In this document: one piece after another, positions 50,360 to 58,515 of the stretch
Layout of the letters: the number at the start of each line of letters is the position of its first letter
Position numbering within the stretch: position 1 is the stretch's first letter
Origin: a virus
DNA: 64,000 nt
Virus record (IMG/VR): IMGVR_UViG_3300032215_000643
Location: 1 to 64,000 of that record
Reading direction: 5' to 3' (one strand)
Notes under the pieces: generated by a model
Database searches by the model: none
Told to the model about the DNA's origin: nothing
Seen by the model: the letters and a program-made list of their open reading frames with translations, nothing else
Program-made: the position numbers and the translations under genes

Positions 50360-51118
50360 ATGTTTTTTAATTCAATAGAAAATTTGATTAAGGTCAATGT
50401 TCCAGAATTTCCTGTTGTCATTCCGACATTTAATAATCCAACATATTTAAAGAAAACTGTTGATTATTTTTCCGAAAGGGGCTTTGAAATCATTGTATTA
50501 GATAATGCTTCAACTTACCCTCCAATGCTAGAGTTGTTGTTTAATTTATCTGAAGAGGATAATATTTTTGTCGTTGCTTTGCCAAGCAATTATGGTCCAA
50601 GATATTTTTATGAAAATAAAAATTTTTATTCATGGCTTCCTAATCATTTTTTTGCAACAGATCCAGATTTAGAATTTAACAAAAATTTGAAAAAAGAAAA
50701 TTGGCTTGAGTTAATTGAAGTTAGCAGAACACTTGGAGTATATAAAGTGGCGGCTGCCCTTACCTTGGATATTGAAGATAGTGAACATGAACTTGATGTT
50801 TTGATTTCTAGTATGAATACTACTGTTAGAAAAATAGAAAGTGGATATTATGAAAATATTTGCATGGTCACAGATCAGGGTGACACAGTTTACATAGCCC
50901 CAACAGATACCACCATGTCTCTCTATAATAAAGAATTTGAAGGACATTTCATGCTTTCTTGTGTTAGAGTTTCAGGGAAATTTGACACATTGCATTACGG
51001 TTGGTTGACTAATCCACCCATCCCAAAAGAGGAAAAAGATTATTATACAGAAGCCTGTAGAGATAATTTTTATTCATCAGGGGAAGTTGTTAAAAGAGGT
51101 CAAGGACCAACTTACTAA
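50360..51118 (+). CDS. Glycosyltransferase, GT2-like
   Basis: VVIPTFN, IVLDNASTYPP, N.G, TDPD, DTT..LY. Confidence 0.75.
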   Translation: MFFNSIENLIKVNVPEFPVVIPTFNNPTYLKKTVDYFSERGFEIIVLDNASTYPPMLELLFNLSEEDNIFVVALPSNYGPRYFYENKNFYSWLPNHFFATDPDLEFNKNLKKENWLELIEVSRTLGVYKVAAALTLDIEDSEHELDVLISSMNTTVRKIESGYYENICMVTDQGDTVYIAPTDTTMSLYNKEFEGHFMLSCVRVSGKFDTLHYGWLTNPPIPKEEKDYYTEACRDNFYSSGEVVKRGQGPTY

Positions 51119-51702
51119 TGCCTAAATTTTCAGTAATAGCCGTAGATTATGAAAAACATGTTCCTCGCCAAGGAATGATTGATGGATTAAAATCTCTTGC
51201 AGAGCAAACCTTTCAAGATTTTGAACTCATCATTTGTCATGATGGTCCAAAGGAAGTTCCCTATGAAGAAGAAGTAGGCTTTAAAGAATTAGGGATTTCC
51301 CCTATAATTATAAATACACCACATCATGTTGGTGACTGGGGTCATTCAAGCCGTGATTTTTCTATGAGGCAGGCTACTGGTGAATACTTTATTCAATTTA
51401 ATATAGATAATAAATTTTACCCCACCGCTTTTGAAAAAATAAATGATTGTATTGAAGAAACTTCTTCAAGAGTGGTTATTTTTACAATCCAACACTTCAA
51501 AGAGGGTGGTAGATTTATTAAGGGTGTCCCTCCAACACACGCTCAAATTGATTGTATGCAATTAGTTGCACATAGAAGTGTGTGGGAAGAAATTGGTTAT
51601 TGGTATAACAAAAATAATGAATCTGATGGTTATATTTACACAAATATTGGACAAGAATATCCGTATGTCCATATTGATGAATGTTTAGGGGAAAATTATT
51701 AA
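51118..51702 (+). CDS. GT2-like glycosyltransferase, tandem paralog 1
   Basis: FSVIAVDY, SL..Q.F.DFELII.HDGP, WGHSSRD, FNIDN, IDCMQLV, ends GENY. Confidence 0.8.
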   Translation: MPKFSVIAVDYEKHVPRQGMIDGLKSLAEQTFQDFELIICHDGPKEVPYEEEVGFKELGISPIIINTPHHVGDWGHSSRDFSMRQATGEYFIQFNIDNKFYPTAFEKINDCIEETSSRVVIFTIQHFKEGGRFIKGVPPTHAQIDCMQLVAHRSVWEEIGYWYNKNNESDGYIYTNIGQEYPYVHIDECLGENY

Positions 51703-52289
51703 TGAAGTTTTCTGTTATTGCAGTTGACTATGAAAAGCATGTTCCAAGAGAGCGCATGGTTAAAGGTTTGCAATCTTTAGCGAATCAATCATTTCAAGAT
51801 TTTGAGTTGATTGTAATCCATGATGGTCCTAAAGAAATTCCTTATGAGGAAGAGTTTGATTTTTCTGTTTTCCCAAACGAGGTAAAGTTTTTAAATACAG
51901 AAACAAGAATGGATAATTGGGGCCATTCAAGTAGAGATTTAGGTATGAGAAATGCTTCTGGTGAATTCTTTTTCCATTTTAATATTGATAATCTTCTTTA
52001 TCCAGATTGTTTTGAAAAAATAAATAATAAGTTAGAGGAAACAACCGCATTGGTTTTATTATTTGCTATTCTTCACTACAAGATTAATAATGGGACTTTT
52101 CCTTTTTACGGTCTTCCTCCTGTTTATCATAACATTGACGCTATTCAATTGGTTGCTCACAGAGAAATTTGGAGCAGTGTTGGATATTGGTATGATTTGC
52201 ATGAACAGGGTGATAGTGCAATCTATGAGAAAATGTGTAAAGATTATGGTTGGGCCTATATAGATGAAGTTTTAGCGGAGAATTATTAA
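51702..52289 (+). CDS. GT2-like glycosyltransferase, tandem paralog 2
   Basis: Same motifs as paralog 1; start revised to the coupled ATG at 51702 (MKFSV). Confidence 0.8.
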   Translation: MKFSVIAVDYEKHVPRERMVKGLQSLANQSFQDFELIVIHDGPKEIPYEEEFDFSVFPNEVKFLNTETRMDNWGHSSRDLGMRNASGEFFFHFNIDNLLYPDCFEKINNKLEETTALVLLFAILHYKINNGTFPFYGLPPVYHNIDAIQLVAHREIWSSVGYWYDLHEQGDSAIYEKMCKDYGWAYIDEVLAENY

Positions 52290-52871
52290 ATGAAAGTTTC
52301 TATTATTGCAGTTGACTATGAGCATCACGTTCCAAGGGACGGTGCTTACAGGGGTTTGCTTTCAATTTCTGAGCAAACTTCTAAAGATTTTGAACTTATA
52401 ATAGTTCATGATGGACCCAAGGAAATTCCTTATGAGGAAGAGTTTGATTTTAAAGAATTAAATTTAAATCCAGTAATAACCAATACTTCTCACAGGATGA
52501 ATGATTGGGGGCATTCTTCTAGGGATTGGGGGATGCGTATGGCAAACGGTGATTATTTCCTGCAATTCAATATTGATAATGTTCTTTACCCAGATGCCAT
52601 AGAAGAAATTTGTAAAAAGATTGATGGATCTGGTACGCCAATAATTATTTTTAGTATTATCCATCACAAAGATAATGATAAGGTCTATACAGGAATACCC
52701 CCAGACCTGTACAATATAGATTGTATGCAACTTGTCGGTCACAGGGATATGTGGCAAGAATTGAACTATTGGTACGATAAACGAGATAGTTCTGACGGTT
52801 GGATCTATGAAGTTATTACTAGAAAATATAATTATTCAAATATTGAAAAATGTTTAGGCGAAAACTACTAG
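52290..52871 (+). CDS. GT2-like glycosyltransferase, tandem paralog 3
   Basis: Same motifs as paralogs 1 and 2. Confidence 0.8.
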   Translation: MKVSIIAVDYEHHVPRDGAYRGLLSISEQTSKDFELIIVHDGPKEIPYEEEFDFKELNLNPVITNTSHRMNDWGHSSRDWGMRMANGDYFLQFNIDNVLYPDAIEEICKKIDGSGTPIIIFSIIHHKDNDKVYTGIPPDLYNIDCMQLVGHRDMWQELNYWYDKRDSSDGWIYEVITRKYNYSNIEKCLGENY

Positions 52872-52878
52872 GAGAATT

Positions 52879-53892
52879 GTGAAAAGGGTTTTACTAACCG
52901 GAGCGTCTGGTTTTGTGGGAAGCCATGTACTGCGTCATATTATTTTAAATACAGATTGGTTTGTGGTTTGTCCAACAACCTTTACTCACAAGGGGTTACA
53001 GGATAGAATCAGGGTTGCTTTGGATGACCTTCCAGATGCGTACAAGCGGGTAAAAATTATTCGTTGTGACTTTACCTCTCCAATTTCTCCCATTACTGCC
53101 AGAGAGTTTGGTAACGTGGATCTTGTTATTAATGTGGCAAGTGAAAGTCATGTTGATAGAAGTATCGAAGAGCCTGCCCAGTTTGTTATTAATAATGTGT
53201 CATTGATTTGTCACGTTCTTGATTGGGCTAGGAATTCAAATATTGAAAAGTTTATTCAAGTTTCTACTGATGAAGTTTATGGTCCTGCTCCTGATGGGTA
53301 TGCTCATATTGAATGGGAAGATCAGCATCTACCTAGTAATCCTTATTCTGCTTCAAAGGCTGCTCAGGAAGATATTGCTTTCTCCTATTGGAGAACTTAT
53401 GGAGTCCCGTTAATTATTACTAATACTATGAATATTATTGGTGAGACTCAAGACCCAGAGAAATATATTCCAATGACTATTAAAAATGTTATTGATGGAG
53501 AAAAAGTTTTAATTCATGGTTCTCCTGATGATGGTAGGATTGGTAGTCGTTTTTATTTACATGCGCGTAATCAGGCTGATGGATTACTTTATGTCTCTAA
53601 CTTGCCAGCACCTGCATATGGGGAATCTAATATGCCAGCAAGGTATCATATTGCGGGTGAGCGTGAAGTTGATAATTTAGAGATTGCAAAATTAATTGCA
53701 GAATATGTTGGTAAACCTCTTAATTATGAAATTGTTGATTTTCATTCTTCAAGGCCCGGTCATGATCTAAGATATGCTCTTAATCAAAATAGGATTGAAA
53801 ATGCGGGATGGAAGATGCCTCTTCCGTTTGAAGAATCTTTAGAAAGAACTGTTAAGTGGACATTAAATCATCCCGAATGGCTCATGATCTGA
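52879..53892 (+). CDS. rmlB: dTDP-glucose 4,6-dehydratase-like SDR
   Basis: TGASGFVG, ASESHVDRSI, STDEVYG, PYSASKA, PEK.IP, RPGHDLRYAL. Confidence 0.85.
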   Translation: MKRVLLTGASGFVGSHVLRHIILNTDWFVVCPTTFTHKGLQDRIRVALDDLPDAYKRVKIIRCDFTSPISPITAREFGNVDLVINVASESHVDRSIEEPAQFVINNVSLICHVLDWARNSNIEKFIQVSTDEVYGPAPDGYAHIEWEDQHLPSNPYSASKAAQEDIAFSYWRTYGVPLIITNTMNIIGETQDPEKYIPMTIKNVIDGEKVLIHGSPDDGRIGSRFYLHARNQADGLLYVSNLPAPAYGESNMPARYHIAGEREVDNLEIAKLIAEYVGKPLNYEIVDFHSSRPGHDLRYALNQNRIENAGWKMPLPFEESLERTVKWTLNHPEWLMI

Positions 53893-53917
53893 GTTAATAC
53901 CTGAGATTGGAATAATA

Positions 53918-54958
53918 ATGAAACTGTATCGACAAGAAAACCAACTGTGCTTCGATGACATTTTGTTGGTCCCGAATCCATCTGCTGTAGAAAGTAGAAA
54001 AAACGTAGATTTGTCTATGTCAATTGGATATGGGAATAGAAAGATTGATTTGTATTTGCCTGTTATTTCTTCTCCTATGGATACGGTTACCGAATCTGAA
54101 ATGGCTGTTGAGGTTGCTAAGTTTGGTGGTCTTGGAATTATTCATAGGTATTCTAAGATTGAAGATCAGGCGGCTCAGGTTTTTGAAGTTTCTAAAAAAG
54201 GTTATGCTGTTGGTGCATCTGTTCCAACGTCAGTTAGAGATTCAGTGCTTCCTCAAGTAAAGTCATTGGTTTATGTCGGTGCTAAAGTAATTTTAGTTGA
54301 TACTGCAAATGGTCATAACTTTGCTGCGATTAAGGCTGTTTCAGAAATTAGAAAAGAGTTTCCAGATATTCATATTATGGCTGGAAATGTTTCTACTTGG
54401 GACGGGTTCCTTCATCTTTCTCAGGCTGGAGCAGATTCAGTTCGCGTAGGTATCGGCGGTGGTTCATGTTGCAGTACACGAATTATGACTGGTCATGGCA
54501 TTCCGACATTGGCTTCTATTATGGAAATTTATGAATATCAAGAACGTCTAGATCTTCCTACGTCTATTATTGCAGATGGAGGAATTAGAAATTCTGGAGA
54601 TATGGTAAAGTCATTTGCGGCAGGCGCTGATGCAGTCATGGTTGGATCTATGCTTTCTGGTCACACAGAGTCACCGGGTAATGTTTTTAGGGAAGATGGA
54701 AAAGATTACAAGCGAATTCGTGGCATGGCAAGTTCTCATGCTCAAAAGGATTGGCGTGGTTCTGTAAGTGGTGAAGAGGGCATTTCAACTAAGGTCTTGT
54801 TTAAGGGTCCAGCAGAGAACACTCTTAATTCTATTAGAAACGGTATTTCAAGTGGTTGTTCTTATGCAGGTGTAGAGAGATTAGAAGAGTTAAGTATTAC
54901 ATCTCAGTATGTAAAAGTTTCACCTTTATCTGTAAAGGAGAGTTTGCCTCATGTATGA
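53918..54958 (+). CDS. IMP dehydrogenase / GMP reductase family (no CBS domains)
   Basis: FDDILLVP, SSPMDTVTE, GGLGIIHR, D.ANGH, AGNV, VGIGGGSCCSTR, IIADGGI, GMAS, EG. Confidence 0.9.
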   Translation: MKLYRQENQLCFDDILLVPNPSAVESRKNVDLSMSIGYGNRKIDLYLPVISSPMDTVTESEMAVEVAKFGGLGIIHRYSKIEDQAAQVFEVSKKGYAVGASVPTSVRDSVLPQVKSLVYVGAKVILVDTANGHNFAAIKAVSEIRKEFPDIHIMAGNVSTWDGFLHLSQAGADSVRVGIGGGSCCSTRIMTGHGIPTLASIMEIYEYQERLDLPTSIIADGGIRNSGDMVKSFAAGADAVMVGSMLSGHTESPGNVFREDGKDYKRIRGMASSHAQKDWRGSVSGEEGISTKVLFKGPAENTLNSIRNGISSGCSYAGVERLEELSITSQYVKVSPLSVKESLPHV

Positions 54959-55292
54959 GTCAGAGCCAATTCAAGGCTTAAAAGGATATGATTCAATTGA
55001 TTATGCATATGATAAGTATGCTCCCAAAAATAATGTAGAAAAAGAAATAGTTACTCTCTGTAACGAGATGGCTGAATTTCTAATTAAAAAGAATCGTGCT
55101 TATGGAAATTCTGCTCTAGAGCCTGTGCGAGTTTTTTCTAAAGCAGGCAATCAAGAACAGTTGCTTGTTCGAATTGATGACAAATTAAGTAGATTTTTTA
55201 AGGGGACAGAGTTCCCCGGTGATAATGACATTGATGACTTAATTGGCTATCTGGTATTATTAAAGATAGCAATGCGAGATAGTTGGAGATAA
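54951..55292 (+). CDS. DUF1599 / nucleotide-modification-associated all-alpha protein
   Basis: KN.AYGNS, RIDDKLSR, DLIGYLVL. Confidence 0.65.
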   Translation: MYESEPIQGLKGYDSIDYAYDKYAPKNNVEKEIVTLCNEMAEFLIKKNRAYGNSALEPVRVFSKAGNQEQLLVRIDDKLSRFFKGTEFPGDNDIDDLIGYLVLLKIAMRDSWR

Positions 55293-55293
55293 T

Positions 55294-55461
55294 ATGCCGA
55301 TGTACACATATACCTGTATGCCTTGTGATAAGGAAATGGTTCTTATGCAAAAAATGGAACAACGCGATTCGGCTCGTTGTCCAGAGTGTGGTTATAGTTT
55401 AATTCGTGGAATTGATAGGCCGGGAAGTGTTTGGGCACCTACGGCTGGTGGATTCCGGTGA
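55294..55461 (+). CDS. FmdB-family zinc-ribbon protein (55 aa, absent from ORF track)
   Basis: MPMYTYTCMPC...CPECG...GGFR; SD GGAG. Confidence 0.8.
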   Translation: MPMYTYTCMPCDKEMVLMQKMEQRDSARCPECGYSLIRGIDRPGSVWAPTAGGFR

Positions 55462-55745
55462 AAAAGAAACAACAAATTTCGGCTCGTATCCCTTACAACA
55501 ATCCAGATATAACAGTTTATACAGAATTAGAATTTGGTAAAGACGTTATTAAGCCGGGGGATAAGATTAAAATTAAGAATGCTCGCGGATATTTTGTTTT
55601 TCATAAGTGGGCACATAATTCTCGTCTTGATGTGACATGGATTGATTGTATGAATCCAAACACTGGTGAGTTCAGGTCTTTTTATATGGATAACCTTAAG
55701 GGTGTTCATCGTGCTAAAAAGAGTATAAGGAAGAAACTTGTCTAA
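55458..55745 (+). CDS. Hypothetical phage protein
   Basis: Start revised to the GTG overlapping the previous TGA. Confidence 0.6.
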   Translation: MKKKQQISARIPYNNPDITVYTELEFGKDVIKPGDKIKIKNARGYFVFHKWAHNSRLDVTWIDCMNPNTGEFRSFYMDNLKGVHRAKKSIRKKLV

Positions 55746-56262
55746 AGAATTAGAAGTTGCTGAACGCTTTGACTCTATGAATAGAGTTGTTGAAGAGTTG
55801 CTTAAGGGTAATAATCCTACTCAGATAGCAAAAATTCTTTCTATCAAGCGTGCCACTGTGCTTGAACTTATTGAAGACTGGAAGAATATTGTTCACAATG
55901 ATAATAGTATCCATGTTCGCGCTAGAGAGGCTTTAGCGGCTGCTGATCAGCATTATGCCATGATTATTAATCGGGCGTGGGAAACAGTTGAGCAGGCTGA
56001 TTCAAATCAACAGTACAGCGTTAAGGCGGGGGCTTTAAAACTAGTCGCAGACACAGAGGCAAAACGTATGGACATGCTTAATCGCGCTGGTCTTTTAGAG
56101 AATAATGAAATGGCTGATAAGATTATCGACAATGAACGTAAACAAGCATTGTTGATGGGTATTTTAAGAGACGTATCCTCACAATGTGATCATTGTAAGT
56201 ATGAGGTTGCACAGAGACTTTCTCAGGTAACAAATCAAGTAGAAGTGATACGAGAAGATTGA
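55738..56262 (+). CDS. Probable terminase small subunit (N-terminal HTH)
   Basis: G.NPTQIAK.L.I.R.TV HTH plus helical body, coupled to terL. Confidence 0.6.
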   Translation: MSKELEVAERFDSMNRVVEELLKGNNPTQIAKILSIKRATVLELIEDWKNIVHNDNSIHVRAREALAAADQHYAMIINRAWETVEQADSNQQYSVKAGALKLVADTEAKRMDMLNRAGLLENNEMADKIIDNERKQALLMGILRDVSSQCDHCKYEVAQRLSQVTNQVEVIRED

Positions 56263-58094
56263 CAGGCTTTGAGGATTTCCTAGAAGCGTTAGACGAGAAC
56301 GCCTTTGAAGAGGTGCCCGTTACAATTGAAGAATTTGTTACTTCAAAAGATTATTTAAACTTGCCACCACTTTCTACAAATCAATATACGATGATTAAGG
56401 CTTCTACTCAAATATATAAAAAAGAAACTTTGATTAAGTTGTTTGGTGAGCAAGAAGGTCAAGCAAGATGGAAGCAAACTTGTAATGAAGTAATTATGCA
56501 ATTGGGTAAAGGTTCTGGTAAGGACTACACTTCTACTATTGCCTGTGCGTACATCGTTTACCTGCTCTTGTGTTTAAAAGATCCAGCACGCTATTATGGA
56601 AAGCCTCCCGGCGACAGTATAGATATTATTAATATTGCTATTAATGCTGTTCAGGCTAACAGAGTTTTCTTCAAAGGTTTCCTAACAAGAATCGACAGGT
56701 GCGCTTGGTTTCAGGGGCGGTATGTTGCAAAAGCAAACAGCATAGAGTTTGATAAAGATATTACAGTACACTCAGGTCACTCTCAGAGAGAATCATGGGA
56801 AGGATACAACGTAATTGTAGTGATCCTTGACGAGATTTCTGGTTTTGATTTAGAATCAACTAGTGGTCATGAGCAGGCAAAAACTGCTGGTGCTATTTAT
56901 CGAATGTATAGGGCTTCAGTAAATTCACGGTTCCCCGATTATGGTAAGTTAATCCTGCTATCTTTTCCACGATATAAGAAAGATTTTATTCAACAAAGGT
57001 ATGATGATGTTGTTGCTGAAAAGGAAACTGTTGTTAGAACTCATAGGTTTAAGTTAGATCCCGATCTTCCAGATGGTTCAGAGAAAAATGAATTTGATAT
57101 TGATTGGGAAGAAGATCATATTCTTTCATATGCTGTTCCTAAAGTTTTTGCTTTAAAAAGACCTACATGGGATGTTAACCCAACAAGAACCATTAACGAT
57201 TTTGCAGTAGACTTTTATACTGATCCAGTAGATGCTCTCTCAAGATTTGCTTGTATGCCTCCAGAAGCAGTGGATGCATTTTTTAGGTCACGCGAAAAGA
57301 TTGAAAGAGCCTTTAGAAATTATAATATTGCGGTTGATGAAGATGGCAGGTTCGCAGAATGGTTCCAGCCACAAGAAGATAAATTATACTTTGTTCACGT
57401 TGACCTTGCTCAAAAGCATGATCATTGTGCAGTATCAATGGCTCATGTTGAGAATTGGGTAAACATTAAGATGGGGACTCAAACAAAGGAGGCTGCACCT
57501 AGTATTGTTGTTGATGCTGTAAGATGGTGGACACCAACAAGTACTCAGACTGTTGATTTTACTGAAGTAAAAGATTATATTATTTCTCTTAAGCATAGAG
57601 GGTTTAATGTTGGAATGGTCACCTTTGACCGCTGGAATTCTTTTGACATGATGCAGCAGTTAAAGGCTTACGGAATGAATGCAGAAGTTCTTTCTGTTGC
57701 TAAAAAACATTATGAAGATATGGCTTTAGCGATTATGGAAGAAAGAGTTGATGGTCCTAATATTAAATTGTTAATAGATGAATTGCTTTCTCTTAGAATT
57801 GTTAAAGATAAAATTGATCACCCAAGAAAAGGGAGTAAGGATCTTTCAGATGCTACATGTGGCGCTATTTATAATGCTGTTAGTAGAACGCCTGCGGATC
57901 TTAATCAGGAAGTTCTTATAAAAACTTATGACTATGAAGATTTAGATTTACAAAGGTGGGAGCAAGAGAAAACAGATCGTGGAGTTATTCAATTCCCCGG
58001 TCAAAAAGAAATGCCAAGTGTTCTGCAAGGATTTATGGATTCTTTTCGTGAAGATGATGGACAAGAATTCGTAGATAACTTTACAATATTATAG
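56259..58094 (+). CDS. terL: Terminase large subunit (TTG start)
   Basis: Walker A GKGSGKD, Walker B VILDE, coupling motif LSFP, nuclease HVDLA...D, FDRW, IDHP..GSKD.SDA. Confidence 0.9.
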   Translation: MTGFEDFLEALDENAFEEVPVTIEEFVTSKDYLNLPPLSTNQYTMIKASTQIYKKETLIKLFGEQEGQARWKQTCNEVIMQLGKGSGKDYTSTIACAYIVYLLLCLKDPARYYGKPPGDSIDIINIAINAVQANRVFFKGFLTRIDRCAWFQGRYVAKANSIEFDKDITVHSGHSQRESWEGYNVIVVILDEISGFDLESTSGHEQAKTAGAIYRMYRASVNSRFPDYGKLILLSFPRYKKDFIQQRYDDVVAEKETVVRTHRFKLDPDLPDGSEKNEFDIDWEEDHILSYAVPKVFALKRPTWDVNPTRTINDFAVDFYTDPVDALSRFACMPPEAVDAFFRSREKIERAFRNYNIAVDEDGRFAEWFQPQEDKLYFVHVDLAQKHDHCAVSMAHVENWVNIKMGTQTKEAAPSIVVDAVRWWTPTSTQTVDFTEVKDYIISLKHRGFNVGMVTFDRWNSFDMMQQLKAYGMNAEVLSVAKKHYEDMALAIMEERVDGPNIKLLIDELLSLRIVKDKIDHPRKGSKDLSDATCGAIYNAVSRTPADLNQEVLIKTYDYEDLDLQRWEQEKTDRGVIQFPGQKEMPSVLQGFMDSFREDDGQEFVDNFTIL

Positions 58095-58097
58095 TAC

Positions 58098-58170
58098 ACG
58101 CCGGTATCCTAGCGGTTTTGGAAGCGGTCTTATATACCGTGTATCGTGAGTTCGATTCTCACCCGGCGTA
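58098..58170 (+). tRNA. tRNA-Ile, anticodon UAU (no encoded CCA)
   Basis: Acceptor ACGCCGG/CCGGCGT + discriminator A; D stem TCC/GGA; anticodon arm GCGGT-CT TAT AT-ACCGT (TAT at 58131-58133); T arm GTGAG-TTCGATT-CTCAC. Confidence 0.92.
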
Positions 58171-58171
58171 C

Positions 58172-58293
58172 GGAGTTGCGAGAGATGATTCCTTGGGATG
58201 GATATAGTTACAGTATCCGAAATATCCACGGGAGCAGACAGGGGAGTCCTCTGATGCTGGTGTGCTGTGGAATTTTGCGCCTCTCGCAACTCT
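58172..58293 (+). ncRNA. Unannotated ~122 nt structured RNA immediately 3' of the tRNA
   Basis: 13 bp closing stem GGAGTTGCGAGAG/CTCTCGCAACTCT, inner GATTCC/GGAATT helix and two hairpins; GC-rich relative to the genome; no credible ORF. Confidence 0.7.
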
Positions 58294-58298
58294 TAAGA

Positions 58299-58307
58299 TG
58301 ATATAAT
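58299..58307 (+). promoter_or_regulatory. Extended -10 promoter (TGATATAAT)
   Basis: Directly after the ncRNA, upstream of the second fibre cassette. Confidence 0.65.
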
Positions 58308-58332
58308 TAAATAAAAGAAATGGTTGTATTTG

Positions 58333-58515
58333 ATGTCTAATATTGATAATGGATACTATATTGTTATTCAGTCTCCCGGTCCAAATAATGTTAATGTTAA
58401 ATCGCCGGGTCCACAGGGACCGCCGGGAACATTTATTAATAATATTGATGGTGGTACTCCTTCATCAGTATATGGAGGAAATATCATTATAGATTCAGGT
58501 GGGGTAGTTCAGTGA
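58333..58515 (+). CDS. Small fibre-associated protein with short collagen-like segment
   Basis: PGPQGPPG and IDGG....IDSGG motifs; start revised to ATG 58333. Confidence 0.6.
   Translation: MSNIDNGYYIVIQSPGPNNVNVKSPGPQGPPGTFINNIDGGTPSSVYGGNIIIDSGGVVQ

Noticed and set aside
39471-53892. Glycan island as host chromosomal DNA or an assembly chimera
   Set aside because: It is tightly joined to phage genes on both sides, has no export or polymerase genes, and shares the CCWGG/AGCT avoidance.
28550-58094. Inteins or introns in dnaB, dnaE, recA or terL; alternative genetic code
   Set aside because: Proteins are of normal length with contiguous motifs, and all three stop codons end genes at sensible positions.
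58172-58293. tRNA-associated HDV-like (theta) ribozyme, 5S rRNA, SRP RNA or hammerhead
   Set aside because: P1 closes the whole element instead of forming the nested HDV double pseudoknot; only a superficial CCGAA and length match to 5S; no SRP GGAA/AGCAG loop; no CUGANGA core.
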